NCBI GenBank assembly: GCA_036630325.1
Contig: CP142736.1
Coordinates: 868,001-932,000, forward strand
Length of the DNA stretch: 64,000 nucleotides
Direction of reading: 5' to 3'
Origin: Vairimorpha necatrix
Lineage: Eukaryota
Shown: positions 1-14,300 of the stretch, piece after piece
How positions within the stretch are numbered: the first letter of the stretch is position 1
Layout: every line of letters starts with the position of its first letter
The notes under the pieces: generated by a model
The model's database searches: none
Told to the model about the DNA's origin: nothing
What the model saw: the letters and a program-made list of their open reading frames with translations, nothing else
Made by a program: the position numbers and the translations under genes

Positions 1-3000
1 TAAATACATTATTATTATATAACGTTTTTTTAGCAAATTTAATGTAAAAGTGAAGAATAAATGTATACGAACTAAGTTAAACCATATGGTTTTTACAACT
101 TAATCTACAATTAGACGATAAATATTGAATAAATAGAGCACAACGAAATGTGCGTTTTTCAAAATTAAGAACAAAATCCCCATGACTTTAATTTGGCTAG
201 ATCAAATTTTTGTATATAATACAGTATAGAGTTATAAAATCCGGTGATTATGTCATAATGTTCAAACCCCCTTTGTTTTTATCATATAAATTTACGAGTA
301 TTTGTATGCAAAATACTATAATATGTAGCAAAATATTTTTTTTATTTTGATTAAAAATTAGTACAATAATTTTAATTGATCAAATTACTGATATCAAATA
401 GTTTACTCATAACAAATTTGATCTTTGAATAGCGAAGAACTTCACGAAATTGTATCGCGCCCCAACAGAGCAAACAGCGTAATCACCTTCTTGAAGGTAC
501 ATAATATGGCTTTTAACGTTACACTATTAACAGCACTTACAATACTGTGTAATGCGCTTATAAATGTAATGTATTACGGGCATCCCGTATTCATAAATCT
601 ATAGTTCATTTAAACAAGTTCATCGGATAATAATTATGCTCTTGGTTGTTTATGTTTCTATCAATTTCTACAATTGTCGTTTAGTTTCATAAAATATCAA
701 GAAATATGTATTTATATCGATCTTTTGATTTGACTCGTAGACAAAATAAATATCTGTAATCGTATGAATATAAATTACTAAAAGAAGAAACATTTGCCTA
801 AAACTAGTACAAATCCTTCTAATAGATACCTTATATATAAGATTGACAAAATGGTTGTAATGTATAAACATATTTTAAACAACTTAATATAATTTTTTAT
901 AAAATCGACTCGATTTGGCTATTATTTAATCTATACAATAATAACTATGGTATTTTATTAATTAAAAGGATTGAATAAGGAATATATAGTAATAAATTGT
1001 TGTTTTCTATACCTTTGAAGAGAAGGTGTTGAATCTACATCGTATTATTATAAATTTTATTCATAAGGCAATTATATAATTCAGATTTATGAAATAAAGC
1101 TAAAAAGAATATTGTTTTTTGTTTGCTTCAAATTAATAGTAGATATATTTCTGTTCCTCATTGTTGAATATTAAAACATTAATAAATAAAGCCTTTAGAG
1201 GTTAAACGTCTTTTAAAGTTCCATCGTATATCTTATTGTGCTTAATGAACACTAATAACAATATTATTCAATTTTGTTCATCGCGTTTTGTATATGAACT
1301 TTGAAAAATAATTTAATCCAGAAATATTATTACGAGTGAAAAAAATTCTACATGGCTCGAAATTTTTTATTAACTTGGATTTTTTCCTATTAGTTTTTTA
1401 TCTATAAAAATACTACATACATCTTTTTTTTTAAACAATCAATTTAATTGAAAGATAAATAAAAGAAAATAATCTTTTTTACAGAATGTATTGCTTGTAT
1501 AAAAAAAAACTAGTGTATTCGTCTCGAAGCTTCTTTGCTGCAGCTGTCTTATTTATATAAATGTTTTTAACAATAAAAAAACACACAACAAATATTTATT
1601 TAGTTATTTGCGTTTCTGTTATCATTTATTTCTTATATTTTTGTATCTTAAGTATACTTGTAAATTCTTTTTTTTTGTCTTCTAAATTTCACGCATTAAT
1701 AAAATCATACAATTTTTAGTTCAATGTTCTGTATCCCGTTAATTTGTTTGAATCGATAATATGCATGCTGATCGTATTATTTTCGAAGTTAATACACTGT
1801 AAAATAAATTTAGTTTTAACACAAAAGCCAGAACCCAAGGCGATTGTTTTCAAATGGTTTAGTAAAAGTATTATATTTATACGTATTCTCTTATTGATAT
1901 CCAATTTTCTATTTTATTATATAAAATGAGGAATTGGCATGTATTAGTTTGGAGCGTTCAAGAACAATTTGACATTTGAACAGAATTAGACTAACAACAA
2001 CTTTAACATATATAGCAATTAAAAAAAAATTTGAGAAATCATATAATATGGAAATGTTTGAAATTATTACATAAATACATCAATATATGGTTGATTTTTA
2101 TCTAAAAAGCATATCATTTATAAAAATTTAGCAAATGTTTTCATTTAGAAGATTTTTGTTTAAGTATTAAATTGGATATTTTATATAATATCGTTGCTAA
2201 AATAAGATATTTTATTAAGGCATTCTCAAATCAACATTTCATTTATAATATATGCTAATCATGTGCCGCTTTTAGAATTTTATTGGTGTTTTTTTCTTTA
2301 CTTTAAAAAAAAAATTTAAAAATAATAAATTATTACACTAAACATCTCTTATAATTAAAGCGGTCGTCAAACCAAATGTTTGACAGAACACGCCGTTAAG
2401 TAGAATTTTCTTATAGTTTCACGACAATGCAAATTTATTTCATATCCGTTCCGCGGTATCATTTATTTGTTTTAACTCTTAACATAATTGTTGCAATGCA
2501 ATGTTTGGGCTCATAGTCTACAAAATAAAACAATCTCTAATTCTTCTTTATCTCTGTCGTGTGTTTTATTTTATTAGTAAGTAGACTTATAGTTCTTCTA
2601 CTTTCTGCTTACATATATTTCCTATCCTATTCTTATTTTCCATAAAGTTAGAAACACTCGTTATTTTTTTACTATACTTAATACAAGATGTTAGTTTCAA
2701 AAAAAGTAGAAATTAAAGTTTGCGTTATACTTCTCGTGTATTTATCACATTCCATCTAAAGTCAAAATAAATCATTTTTTGCCCGGAAAATGTTTTTGAT
2801 AAATATATTTACAAAAAGATCTTGTTTCGTAATAATTCCTTTTTCGGCTAGAAAACGTCGGTCTTGTTCAAAATTTCAATTTTCTCTTTTGTTATTACTT
2901 GGTATTGTCTAAATCTTATATCTAATCGATTCTTCGTTGAACGTGTCTCATTACATACTATATTTATGTACTTATTATTTATTAAAACCAAAATTATATT

Positions 3001-3859
3001 CAAAATATATATATATATATATACGTCAAGAATCGCCAATAAATATATATTTGTGTATAAAAGATAATTCACCAAATAATGATTAAACAAAAATTTAATT
3101 TCTATTTCATTTATTGATAATTTGTTTTAGGTATTTTATAGCTCTTGGTACAACTGTCCTCTATCAAATTCATAGATTCTTTAGAAAAACTAAGACGCTG
3201 AAATTAGTACCCGAATCAATTTACACAAAAAAGTTTAATGTTTTAATTTATATATGAACCAGAAATATTGCAATTGACAAATCAGATAATTCTCATATTT
3301 TGGAAAATAATTAGTTAAAAAGCCTCTTTATAATCGTCTTAAAATAGAATTGTACTTTAAAAATAGACAATTTAGTAATTTACTGATGACGCAATTTGAA
3401 CAATAACATGGACAATAAATTTTATATGAAAATTTAAAAAATAAAATCTTAGATTTTGTCAAACTTCTCAAGCCTAGCTTCATAACAATACTTAAAATGA
3501 CCTCATAAATTGGCCACAAGAAATTAGAGATTTTAAACTCACTTTGCACATTTAAAACACAAATAAATATAGAATTGGTTACAATAATTCATTGTCTCAT
3601 GTATTTTCAGCATAAAGTTAAATAATAACTTTTGGAAATATTGCTTACGAAAGGTTCATGAAAACGAAAAAAATTTCATAAATTTACATACGTTTATTGT
3701 TCAAATCTTGTTGTCTTAATTTTTTTATTTTTGCCAAGCATTTATGTAATATGTTTTTATTTATTTGTCGATAGTTTTAAGATTTTTTCATTTAAATTTT
3801 TATAAAATTTTTTTAAATTTTCTTTTAAATAAAAGCTTATATTAAATAAAAAACAATAT

Positions 3860-6240
3860 CAAAAGGCCTAGAATCCGAACTATTAGGATTTGTAATAAGC
3901 ACGCAAAGTAAAATTTTACCAAAATTATCTTTTATCTATAATTTAAATATATAAACCGATTGTAAAATTGGACTTCTTCTGCAAAATAGAAGTAAATATT
4001 TATTACATAAAATTAGGAGAATTTATGTGTATTCATTATCCATCTGATATCATGGATTTTTACCCATTAAAACATCTTCTGTGTTACTTATTAACCAACA
4101 ACTTCCTTATAATTGGATTTTGGTGTAGGGGAATATTTTTCATCTATACCTCAAATCGAATCCAAAGGTACCTCATAGCAAATATACTCGACTTACAGAA
4201 AGCAAATCTAAAAGAAACTCGGGGTCAAGCTAGCTAAATATCAAACATCATTTACATCTTAAACTGCAAATAAACCCCCGAATCACCAAATACGCATTAA
4301 AGTGGAACGCGTGGCAATAGGCCTTCAACTTATTTCGATCAGTTGAATTAAAATTTTTAGTATACGATGCACGAAACCTTCTATTGTTCTATCTTGTCTA
4401 GTATCTTGATTATTTTAATAAAACCTCAAATATAACCTCTTTGGGCTTATTGGGCCGTACTCAGACTTATATTTTGAACTAGAAGTTTTTTAAAAAAAAA
4501 TTACTATTTTTGTAATTAAAGGGCTCTATACTTTTGATGCTGGGCCAAACATGGCTGTATGCGACAGTTTTAATAATATTCTACATATTTTTGTGGTCTT
4601 TTAATCATCAGAATTGTTCAACTGCATCGTACATAAATAAACTTTTAAGTGTCCAGAGATATAAATTATTAATGTCCATTGGACGATCTTTAGTCTCTGA
4701 CACTATGCTTCCGGCTTATATATTGACCTCTTCTACCTTCTTTTTCTTTAAATTTATTTTTGAGGTATATAATATTTAAACGGCAGGAACTAGAATATGC
4801 AATAAATACTATTTAGCTTGAAAATAACATTCAAAGTATTTTCGTATATTTGAGATCGAATGTTTAAATTCATTGCAATTAGTGATATTGTATATTTTTT
4901 GTGCGCTGGTTATTTGGCTATAATAATTCTTAAACTAAAATAAAATTTTCGAAAAAATCTAGAAATTAAAATAATTTGCTAACATTATGATATTTTATCA
5001 ATAATAAGATTTATTTTAAAACGGCCTTTTTGAAAATTTCATTAATATTAAAGCAGCTTAGCGATATAGCGTCTAGATTTTTAAACAAATTTTTCAAATA
5101 TCTAAAAATTTCATCAAGTGAATTATTTAATAAAATTTTATCATTTTGACTAAAATCCATAAGATATTGATGTTTGAAAAAAATTATGAATATCTCAAAT
5201 CTTTCAACTATTTGAAATGCTTTCTCGAAAATATATAACCTTGCAGGGAGAGTGGTATAAAAATCGATTATTTTTAAACCATCATATTTATAAAGAAAAT
5301 GTGTAGATGTGGTGTATCTTTTTATAGCGTAAAAAATACATTCAAAAAAATCGAACTGGTACTTAATATCATTTGAGTAATCATCGTAAGAAATAGTATT
5401 CACTGCTTTCTTAATAATATTTGTATGATCTCCAAGAGATGCATAAAACAGAAATAACCTATTTCTTATTTTTCGTTTTTCAGTAGTATACTTTTTTAAG
5501 TCATTTTCTTCCATATCGTTAATACTGTAATTTTTTAGATTTTTCTTTTCATCTTCGATTTTCCAAGTACTAAGTTGGCTAAATAATTTTAATTTTAAGT
5601 ATTTGTAGTTCGATTCATTTTGAAAGTTATCACTTTCTAAAGTGGTCGTTATATTGTTCTTATCAAAGATTTGTGCTTGTAAATTATCATTGGAAGCTGA
5701 GGTAATAGATAAAGAACCAAAGTTTTTAGTTTTTTTTCTGGGAGAACTTTTATCACAAGTAGCACTTTCATCATTATTATTAAATTTTCTTTTTAATTTT
5801 AAGCCATCATTTTGCTTTTGAATATGTGTAAATGAACGTGTTTTGTTATTCGAAGATGTTGCTATAAGACATATTTTGAAAAAAATATATTGTAACATGT
5901 AAGGGCTCTTTTTCATTTTTGTTTGGTCTATAAAAAGTAGTAGCAGAATATATAATTTTAAAGCATATTGAAAGGTTCTTACGCGTTAACATGAAAGAAT
6001 AATAGTGAAAATAATTCTAACATGAAACGTATAAACTATAGCAGATAGAGGCATCCATTAATTTTGATCTATTATTCAAAAAAATACTATTGAATTCACT
6101 TAACCTGTATGGAAGGTCGAGATAGAAGCAGAATTTAGCAGAAGTTTTGTGAATTGATTCTAGTCTGCGGTACGATACAACCTCAGAAGAAGATTTAACA
6201 AAAGTATCCCACGAAATTTATTTCTAAATTTATTAGATAT
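3860..6240. repeat. Segmental duplication unit A (gene copy 1 plus flanks), paralogous to ~8930-11280
   Basis: Collinear similarity across the CDS, ~300 bp upstream and ~1.1 kb downstream. Includes a 41-bp identical block (4161-4201 = 9230-9270). Boundaries approximate. Confidence 0.8.
5011..5898 (-). CDS. MLQY-family putative secreted protein, copy 1 (~295 aa)
   Basis: ORF 5011..5916. Start reassigned to the ATG at 5898 because it follows a CCC motif (agCCCttacATG) and aligns with the paralog starts. Hydrophobic N-terminus MLQYIFFKICLIATS, basic patch SPRKKTK, family motifs DDYSNDIKYQFDFF and IVERFEIF. Confidence 0.85.
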   Translation of the reverse strand: MLQYIFFKICLIATSSNNKTRSFTHIQKQNDGLKLKRKFNNNDESATCDKSSPRKKTKNFGSLSITSASNDNLQAQIFDKNNITTTLESDNFQNESNYKYLKLKLFSQLSTWKIEDEKKNLKNYSINDMEENDLKKYTTEKRKIRNRLFLFYASLGDHTNIIKKAVNTISYDDYSNDIKYQFDFFECIFYAIKRYTTSTHFLYKYDGLKIIDFYTTLPARLYIFEKAFQIVERFEIFIIFFKHQYLMDFSQNDKILLNNSLDEIFRYLKNLFKNLDAISLSCFNINEIFKKAVLK

Positions 6241-7699
6241 TTATTTGATAAATTACATAGTTATAAGTTTTTTGTTCAAATTGCAATTTTTATTCCAACT
6301 TTTGCATTTTTGATTGTCCAATTTTTCGAAAAAAATCAAACCCTTTTTAATGCCAATAAAAGCGAGAGCAACAGTCACGCCAGGTTGCAAATTTTTTCAT
6401 TTAAAAGATAAGTTTTGGGCATTTCATATGTTTTTTGCTTTATATTCACCATAGCTTAATAATATTGAAGAATTTTTTCTATTTAAATCGAGGTTTCGTG
6501 CTATACGATACAATAAAAAAGTAGAAAAGGATTTAGAACAAGTTTAAAAGACGAATTGGCTTCCGTGAATTGATTGTATACTTCCATCGTATAATGCTAG
6601 AAATGGTAAGGTGGAACATTTATTTATCTAATTGACTGGAATTGTATATTATTTTAAAAATATCACTATTGATGGTTCGTCATATGTCATTTTCTGGTTT
6701 TTTATAATTTTTTTTCAAAAATGGACTATAAAAATGCAACCTCTTGTAAATTACTTTAATTTTATTTAAATTTTTTTTCTTGCAAGTAAAAGGCAGGAAG
6801 AAACCTTAAATAGGGACCAGAGAGATTTGGGTGTGACCTCATCAACTGGTACTGTGAGATTCATACTCATTAAAAAACCTACACACAACGTGCCGGTGCA
6901 GCAAGCTCCGTCGTATCCATTGGACTTTGACTCCAGAAGAACACTTTCCATTTATATCTCATATCGCGTCCAGAGTGACCTCACGGCGATATACTTAACG
7001 GGCATGGTTATCTATAATCCGAGGAGAGACATCATTGTACTGACTCAAAGGTCCCTACAATCATCTGTATTGCACACACGGCTCCTTACACGACCACATC
7101 ACCAGCCCGGCGTTTTTATTGGGCTGCGTTGACCACCAGTCTCACACTAGTTTCGGCCACCGTGTTACAGAATCTTTGGATTTTTCTACGAGACCTTCTA
7201 TTGCCCTACTTCGTCTAGTCTCTTATTTAGCTCTATAATTCTACTCTAAAGTGCACCAGCCATGTGCTCCAACTAGGCCGTACCTATTAGATACTTTTGT
7301 ATCATTAAGTCACCACAAGGGTGATACTGTTTTTTTGCACTCGAGATGCGTTTCTACACTAGATACCGAACCCTTGTGCCTGACACACACATGTTTCATT
7401 ATATCAACTTAATGATTATCGTAAACATTTTCATCATCTGAGTTGTTCCGACGGCATCATAGAAAGTAGAATCAATTAGGGAGCCCCCGCGAATTGAACT
7501 TATCTATTGCTCAATGGAAGTATTGCCTTCTACTACTGGGCTAAGTGCACTTAACGTGGGTTTAATTATTATAAAATATTTAAAGATGGCCATGTCTCAA
7601 GATAGACACCGCCATTTGACATCTATAACACTTCCTACATCAGTAAAAAAGAATGCTTGGCAGTTTATGGGGAAATAAAAATTATATTTATTTCTTATA

Positions 7700-8875
7700 C
7701 GCTTATGTATTTAGGGCAAAAACGGACCATAAAGCTTTGGAAACTTAGCCAAGGAGAAATGGGCACTCGAAGAATACAATTATTGCCGGAAAGACTTAGT
7801 CGATGTAATTTCACTGTAAAATAAAAAAAGTTTGTCGAGATAGCACATGACGATTACGTGTCTCGCCTATATCAAAATGATGCTTAAGTTGTTAATATTA
7901 TTAAAGATACAAATTGTGAGATAAAAAAAGAATTTATTTTAGATTAACATGATTTAATTAGTAAGTTGTAAAGCATAAACAGCAGTTCAAGAATTTAAAA
8001 AAAATTATACGGGCCATATTATGGAGAAAATTAGCAAGGAAGAGCTGAAAAGTGAATAAGATGTAAAATGTACAATCCAAAAAGGAAGAAAGCGTTTTTG
8101 TTCGTCAAAGAATTTCATGCGAGAAAAAGGTAGCTATATACATTAGAGGAAAAATACTTCATTATTCACTAACAGGAGTTGAATACTTTGGTAAAAAGGG
8201 GTTGGGAAAAAGATAACCACGACAGATAGTCAAAAATTGTAGATTTTATAAAGGAAATAGACAAACAAATAACAATAAAGTAATTGATAATGTATTTTAT
8301 AAAAGAAAATCAAAGTAGTAAAGTAAGATCTGGGCCATAGAAAGTAAAATAAAAGTACATTATAACATACGCTTTCACTATTAGTCGAATGATCAAGTAG
8401 AAAGATTTAATTGAACTTAAGAAAATATTAACAGTCAGAAGGAAATCTAAATAATAAATCAAACTAATCGAAAATGTAGAGGCTTACAGTAATATTATTT
8501 ACTCAAAACTAGGAATGTCTCCAAATAAAGCTTATGAAAAATAAAACGAGACAAAAATAAAAGAGAAACAGTACACAGAAATCCTTATATTATATAAGAC
8601 AAACGAACAAAAAGAAGTTGAAGACGTATCTAGAAAACAATTAAGTATAATAAAGAATGAATTTACGGAGGCCAAAGAACAGCTCAAGTACAAAGACAGA
8701 GTACAAGTCATAGAACTGTTAGAAAAAAATACTTATATTGTGCTTTCAAAAGAAAAAAAAACTTAAGAGACACGCATCTAAACTCAAAAAAACTTGTTCA
8801 TTGCCAAAAAAAAAGGTTGTTGAATATTTAAACTTTTATTTCTATAACCTCTGAGATATCTTAATAAATAATTTA
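7700..8875 (+). pseudogene. Degenerate Ty3/gypsy RNaseH-integrase relic with probable short 3' LTR (8818-8875)
   Basis: Broken reading frames resemble the integrase at 37345-38154 (RCKMYNPKR at ~8058, SNDQVERFN at ~8385, KRHASKLK at ~8765). These are followed by TGTTGA...ATAACCTC...AATAAATAATTTA, which resembles the 52-bp LTR. 5' boundary uncertain. Confidence 0.6.
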
Positions 8876-8929
8876 TCTAAGAATTTTTTTTCTTCGTTTT
8901 AAAGTACAAATCAATTAATAAACGAAGCT

Positions 8930-11280
8930 AAAAGGCTATATACACATGCCATATAAGTTTTTTACAAAAAAACAAAGCGAAATTTTGACCAAAAACATAT
9001 TATTTCTATAATTTGCAATAATGAAAACGATTGTAATTTTTGACTTCTTCCGAAAATCGAAAAAAGAAGATTCCTTACATAAACCAGAAAAAAAGGAAAT
9101 TCATATTCCGCTGGTATTATGAGATATTTTTTCATTAAACTCCTTTGTATAACTTATCAGTGCAGCAAGCTCCCTTGTATATTATTTGGGCCTTAGGAGA
9201 ATAATTTTCCATCTATACCTCAAAACGATTCCAAAGGTACCTCATAGCAAATATACTCGACTTACAGAAAACATATCTAAAGGAAACTCAGCGTCGAGCT
9301 AGCTAAAGTTTAAACATCATTTACATCATACACGGCAAAACCCCCCAAGATCGCCTAACACGCATTTAGTGAACGCGTGACCATAGGGCTACCACAAATT
9401 TTGATCAAGTTTATTTAAAAATTTAGAGTATACAATACACGAAACCTTCTATTCTTCTATCTTGCCTAGTACTTTGATTATTTTAAGATTACCTCAAATA
9501 CACCCTTTTTGGGCTTGTTGGGCTGTACCCAGACGTATAATTTAAACTAGAAGTTTTCAAAAGGAGAATGCTCTTTTTGAATAAAAAAAAGCGTTCCTAC
9601 TCTTGGTGCCGGGCCTATAATGGCTGTACGCGACAGTTTTTTTTTAATTACCACATAATTTTGTGGACTTTTCAGCATTAGAATTGTTTCAACCGCATCG
9701 TATGGGGTATAAACTTTTTGGTACCAAAGATTTAAATTCTTAATTAACAAGCTTTTTTCGATAAATATACTACTGCTTCTGTTTTGACTTCTTCTGGCTT
9801 CTTTTTAACTACAATTCATAAAAGGTTTATAATATTTAAACGGCAGGAACAAGTATGTACAATAAAAACATTTTAGCATTAAAATAAACATCCAAAGATT
9901 CCCGTCGAATTCGAATGTTATATCATGCATTTTTTATTTTTTATTGTTTTGTGCACTGGTATTTTGGCTATGATAATTCTTAAACTAAAACAAAACATTA
10001 AATAAATAAAGAAATCAAAATGAATTGCTACATTATGATAATTTATCACTATTAAAATTTATTTTGAAACGGCTTTTTTGAAAATGTCATTAATATTAAA
10101 GCAGCTTTGCGATATAGCGTCTAGATTTTTAAACAAATTCTTTAAATGTTTAAAAGTTTCATCTAATGAATTATGTATTGCAAATTTATCTTTTTCCTCA
10201 AAATCATTTAGATATTGATGTTTAAAAAAAATCAAAAATATCTCAAACCTTTCAACTATTTGAAATGCTTTCTCAAAAATATATAACCTTGCAGAAAGAG
10301 ATGTATAAAAATCGATTATTTTTGAACTATCATATTTAAAAAGAAAATGTTTAGAAGTGCTTTGTCTTTTTATAGCGTAAAAAATACATTCGAAAAATTC
10401 GAACTGATCCTTAATATCGTTTGAGTAATCATCGCGAGGAATATTATTCACTGCTTTCTTAATAATATTGATATTATTAGTAAGAGATGCAAAAAACGGA
10501 TATAATTTATTACTTATCTTTAGTTTTTCAGAAGTATACTTTTTAATTTCATTTTCTTTCATATCTTTAACAAGATTATTTACAAAATGTTTCTTTTTAT
10601 CTTCGAATTCCCAAGTACTGATTTGATCGTATAATTTAAATTTTAAGTATTTGTAGTTCGATTCACTTTGAAAGTTATCACTTTCTAAAGTGGCTGTTAT
10701 ATTGTTCTTATCAATGTTTTGTGAATGTAAATTATCATTGGAAACTAAGGTAATAGATAAAGAACCAATGTTTTTAGTTTTTTTCATAGGATAACTTTGA
10801 TCAAAAAAAGCACTTTCGTCATTATTATTTAATTTTTTTTTCAAATTTAAGGCATCATTTTGCTTTTGAATATGTGTAAATGAATGTGTTTTGTTATTCG
10901 AAGATGTTGCTATAGAACATATTGCAAAAAATATATATTGTAACATTTAAGGGCTCTTTTTCATTTTTGTTGGGTCTACAAAAGTAGTATCAGAATATAT
11001 AATTTTAGAAGTATATTGAAAAGTTACTTACGTAATAATACGTTTTAAAATGAAAAAATTTCAACATTAAACGAATTCAACCAAAACAGGCAGAATCATC
11101 TTTGATTTTGATCTATTACATAAAATAACTACTAAATTTACTCGACAAATTCTAGAGAGAAGAGATAGGAGCAGATTTTAGCAGAAATTTGGGAATTTAA
11201 TTTACTCTTCGATTATCCAACCTCAGAATAAGTTATAACTAAGGTCCTACATCAATTTCTTTCTAATTTAATAGACATTT
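8930..11280. repeat. Segmental duplication unit B (gene copy 2 plus flanks)
   Basis: Collinear with 3860-6240. Boundaries approximate. Confidence 0.8.
10059..10946 (-). CDS. MLQY-family putative secreted protein, copy 2 (295 aa)
   Basis: Intact ORF with agCCCttaaATG start context; closely similar to copy 1 along its whole length. Confidence 0.87.
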   Translation of the reverse strand: MLQYIFFAICSIATSSNNKTHSFTHIQKQNDALNLKKKLNNNDESAFFDQSYPMKKTKNIGSLSITLVSNDNLHSQNIDKNNITATLESDNFQSESNYKYLKFKLYDQISTWEFEDKKKHFVNNLVKDMKENEIKKYTSEKLKISNKLYPFFASLTNNINIIKKAVNNIPRDDYSNDIKDQFEFFECIFYAIKRQSTSKHFLFKYDSSKIIDFYTSLSARLYIFEKAFQIVERFEIFLIFFKHQYLNDFEEKDKFAIHNSLDETFKHLKNLFKNLDAISQSCFNINDIFKKAVSK

Positions 11281-12699
11281 ACGTATTGCAAATTAAATTG
11301 ATTTTAATTTAAACTTAAATACATGAACTAGATGACAGCATGTCAAAATTTGGTCAATTGTCTGCAAAAGGTATTTTTATAATTTTTTAATAATATTTTG
11401 AATATCATATGTTTTGTTTTCAAAACATTTATTTTATTATTTCAAAAGCTCGCTGCACGAGAGACTTAATAAAGAAAATAAAATGACTTGTGGAAACCCC
11501 TTATCTCTTATTATAAGTCTATTTGTTGGATAAAGTCTTATTGGCTTTATTTGTAAATATCTGCAAAGTTTACTATGACTTGCGAACACTACTTTTTAAT
11601 GTAACAAAAATAACTAATGTGTCTAAAGTAAAAGGTAGACGTATTACACTTTGACATTTAATTTACACCAAAATATGAATGTCAACAAATATTATTATTT
11701 TCTAAATAAGGCAATCTAGGCCTGAAGATGCATATAATGTATGCTTCTGGGCCATATTTTGCATCCCTTAAAAGAAGTCTCAAAAGTAGGAGCAGACAGA
11801 AAACAAAAATTTTAAAGACTTTAAAAATGAAAAACACAAATCAGTATAATTTATTTAGATATTTGTAGCAAAATTTATCCTGGCAATGCTCATGGAATTC
11901 AGCTTTTCACAGACTAGTGGTTTTGTAAATTTATTTATGTTTTTGAACTTTACGCTACTAGGTTCATTATCCTTTAAACATCACTTCACAGATAGTCGCC
12001 TAAATGGCAATAAAATCCACATCTTTAGTCACTTTGCCCTCTAATCATTTTTTGATCATATACTCGTCGTCTTTTTAAGCATATGGGCTCTAGCGTCCTC
12101 TTTGGCATGATAGACTAGATGTATGTTTCAAGGTAAGACTGAATTTACAGTTCAATGATATTTGTTCACCTCCTTTCGTCTCATGACAATACATAAGGAA
12201 CTAGTTTCACTGAGCGTTTTGAACCTGCATTGATAATTTAAAGGACCTCCTTTATAAAAAATGTCAAGATTGGTAAAACAGAAGAACCTTTTAGTGGTAA
12301 AATGCTTTATAAAAAAAAAATAAAATTCACAAAAAATTGTTTGAAAATGCAGAATATGCGTGGGCCTTATTCGTATCTAAGCTAAATAAAACAAATTTTC
12401 TCTTGATGGAATAAAGGCAACGTATTATCCGGTTCTAAGTAATAACTTATCATTTGAAAAATAAAGATGCTGCATTTGGCTAATTACAGTTTGTTGCACG
12501 AATCGGCATTTCTTATCCCCAAAAAACCTTGGACCTATATACAATCTTTGTCACATGCCTACAAATAAATGGATTTTGGATTCTTTTTAAGATATTTGGC
12601 CGGTCTAGGCGGAAACAAACCATGACAATTTCTATAAAGACATTGTACAGTTCCGTTCAACTTAGTTTATAAAAAACCAAATATTCAATTTATAAATCA

Positions 12700-14300
12700 T
12701 CTTCTTTTATTATTTAACTTGAATCGTTTGTTTTTTTTAAGATTGTTTAATTTTTTCATTCCTGCATTTTTTTTCAATGGCGGTCACAAACGTCATGCAT
12801 CAGTAACTGTTCTTGTAAAGGTTTCATGAATTAGTACCAGTTCATTTGCAAGAGGATCAAATTTTCTTAGTTTTTCATTCTCGATTATAGTAAGCCGGTC
12901 GTGCTGGTTATGCCTATTTCAAATTGAAATTTCGTTTTGTTTCTGTCAAACACAAGAATAAATGATTTATTGTTGGTCCTATAATCTTAGGAAATATCCT
13001 TGTTTCTACTTTTATTTCCGCACAATCATTTCCATAATCCTTCTACCGAGTGTCCTCGTATTTTTTTGTTTCCTAAACCTACATTCATACATAATAAGAG
13101 AAAATGAAAATAACTACCACGTTAAGTCTATTCATAAAATCAAAATCTAACATTTGTTCTTACTTGATGCGAAATAATTCACGTACTTCAAATGAATAAT
13201 ACAATGGTGACTTTGCCCTCTTGTCGACAGAAAATATTTCTTTCCTGTAGAAAGCAGGAAAATGCTTCAGATATAGCCTAATTTTTTCTCTTTACCAGTC
13301 GGGTAAAAGAGTCTCAAATGCTTACTAAATAATTTTATTCAGTTTTTTTTTCTTGAATTGTATGTTGTCAATTTCGTTGTAAAGCGCCCTTCTATTTCTA
13401 TACGCATCCCTTGAGCCATCTCTACCACAAGCTATGCTTAATACTTAGATATTAGTTGATTGTAAACAAGTAAGATTTTTTCTCCGCTTCTATTTTAGGT
13501 ATTGCTGCTTGTCTTGGCAAACCAAAAGACCTTCCTCATATTTAATATATTCAATTTTATTAATAGCTTACTTTTGCTTCTATATAAGATATCTATGGGG
13601 CCTCTTCCCATTTCATATTTAGGTAAGTATAGTCTTTCCTTGCATTTAGGATGTAGACAGGCCTGATACTTAATAATTTTATGTCGGATATCAAAATCGC
13701 AACTTTTGAAATTCATTGGTTCTGATTTTAATGGTCCAACATGAAATTTTTTTTACTATAGTTCATCCTTATTTAGCTCAAATCATACATTTGACATTTT
13801 TTTGTCTTTATAGTTTTCAGATCCTCTGTAAAATCTCCCTCTTTGCTTTTTCAAAAGTCTTTTTTATGACAGCACTTTTGACATTTTCAGTTATTTATAG
13901 GGCTTTGTATCCTTAATGTCCTTCTAGTACTGCTGCATCTTTACTACAGTAATTACAGTTAATTGCAGATCACTTCTAATCATTTCTAGTCCTACATTTT
14001 AAAACTTTTTCGTTCACTCGTTCATTAGTAAAAAAACAACGTCGGTCACTGCAAAGAACTAAGATCTTTAATAAACAAAAGAGAATTAATTGCAAAAAAA
14101 CTTTAGTGCCTTCTGGCTTTTATTATAAATTGAGTTCAATTGCCTATTTAATGGGCATATACATAGTACAAACCAATTCGCCAAGATGGCCTCCTCATAA
14201 TAAACCTCTTACAACCTTATTATTCATATCGTCTCCAATCCTAGTTTAGTCTCAATGTGCCATCTTTACCCGTGGCTTCAATGAATTAACTTAAAATTTA
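12700..14300 (-). pseudogene. Degenerate non-LTR retrotransposon with restriction-like endonuclease (R4/Dong-like) relic
   Basis: Fragment HPKCKERLYLPKYEMGRG (ORF 13495..13716) matches the RT thumb motif RLYLPRxxGGRGL. Downstream remnants QHDR (HNRPD-like, ~12900) and KFDPLANEL (~12850) fit the endonuclease. Many stops and frameshifts; boundaries approximate. Confidence 0.65.

Noticed and set aside
668-4779. Short 60-90 aa ORFs (668, 1716, 1744, 2848, 2864, 3328, 3968, 4534)
   Set aside because: Mostly non-ATG starts, no CCC context, I/F/L/Y/K-rich composition expected by chance in AT-rich DNA, and no motifs.
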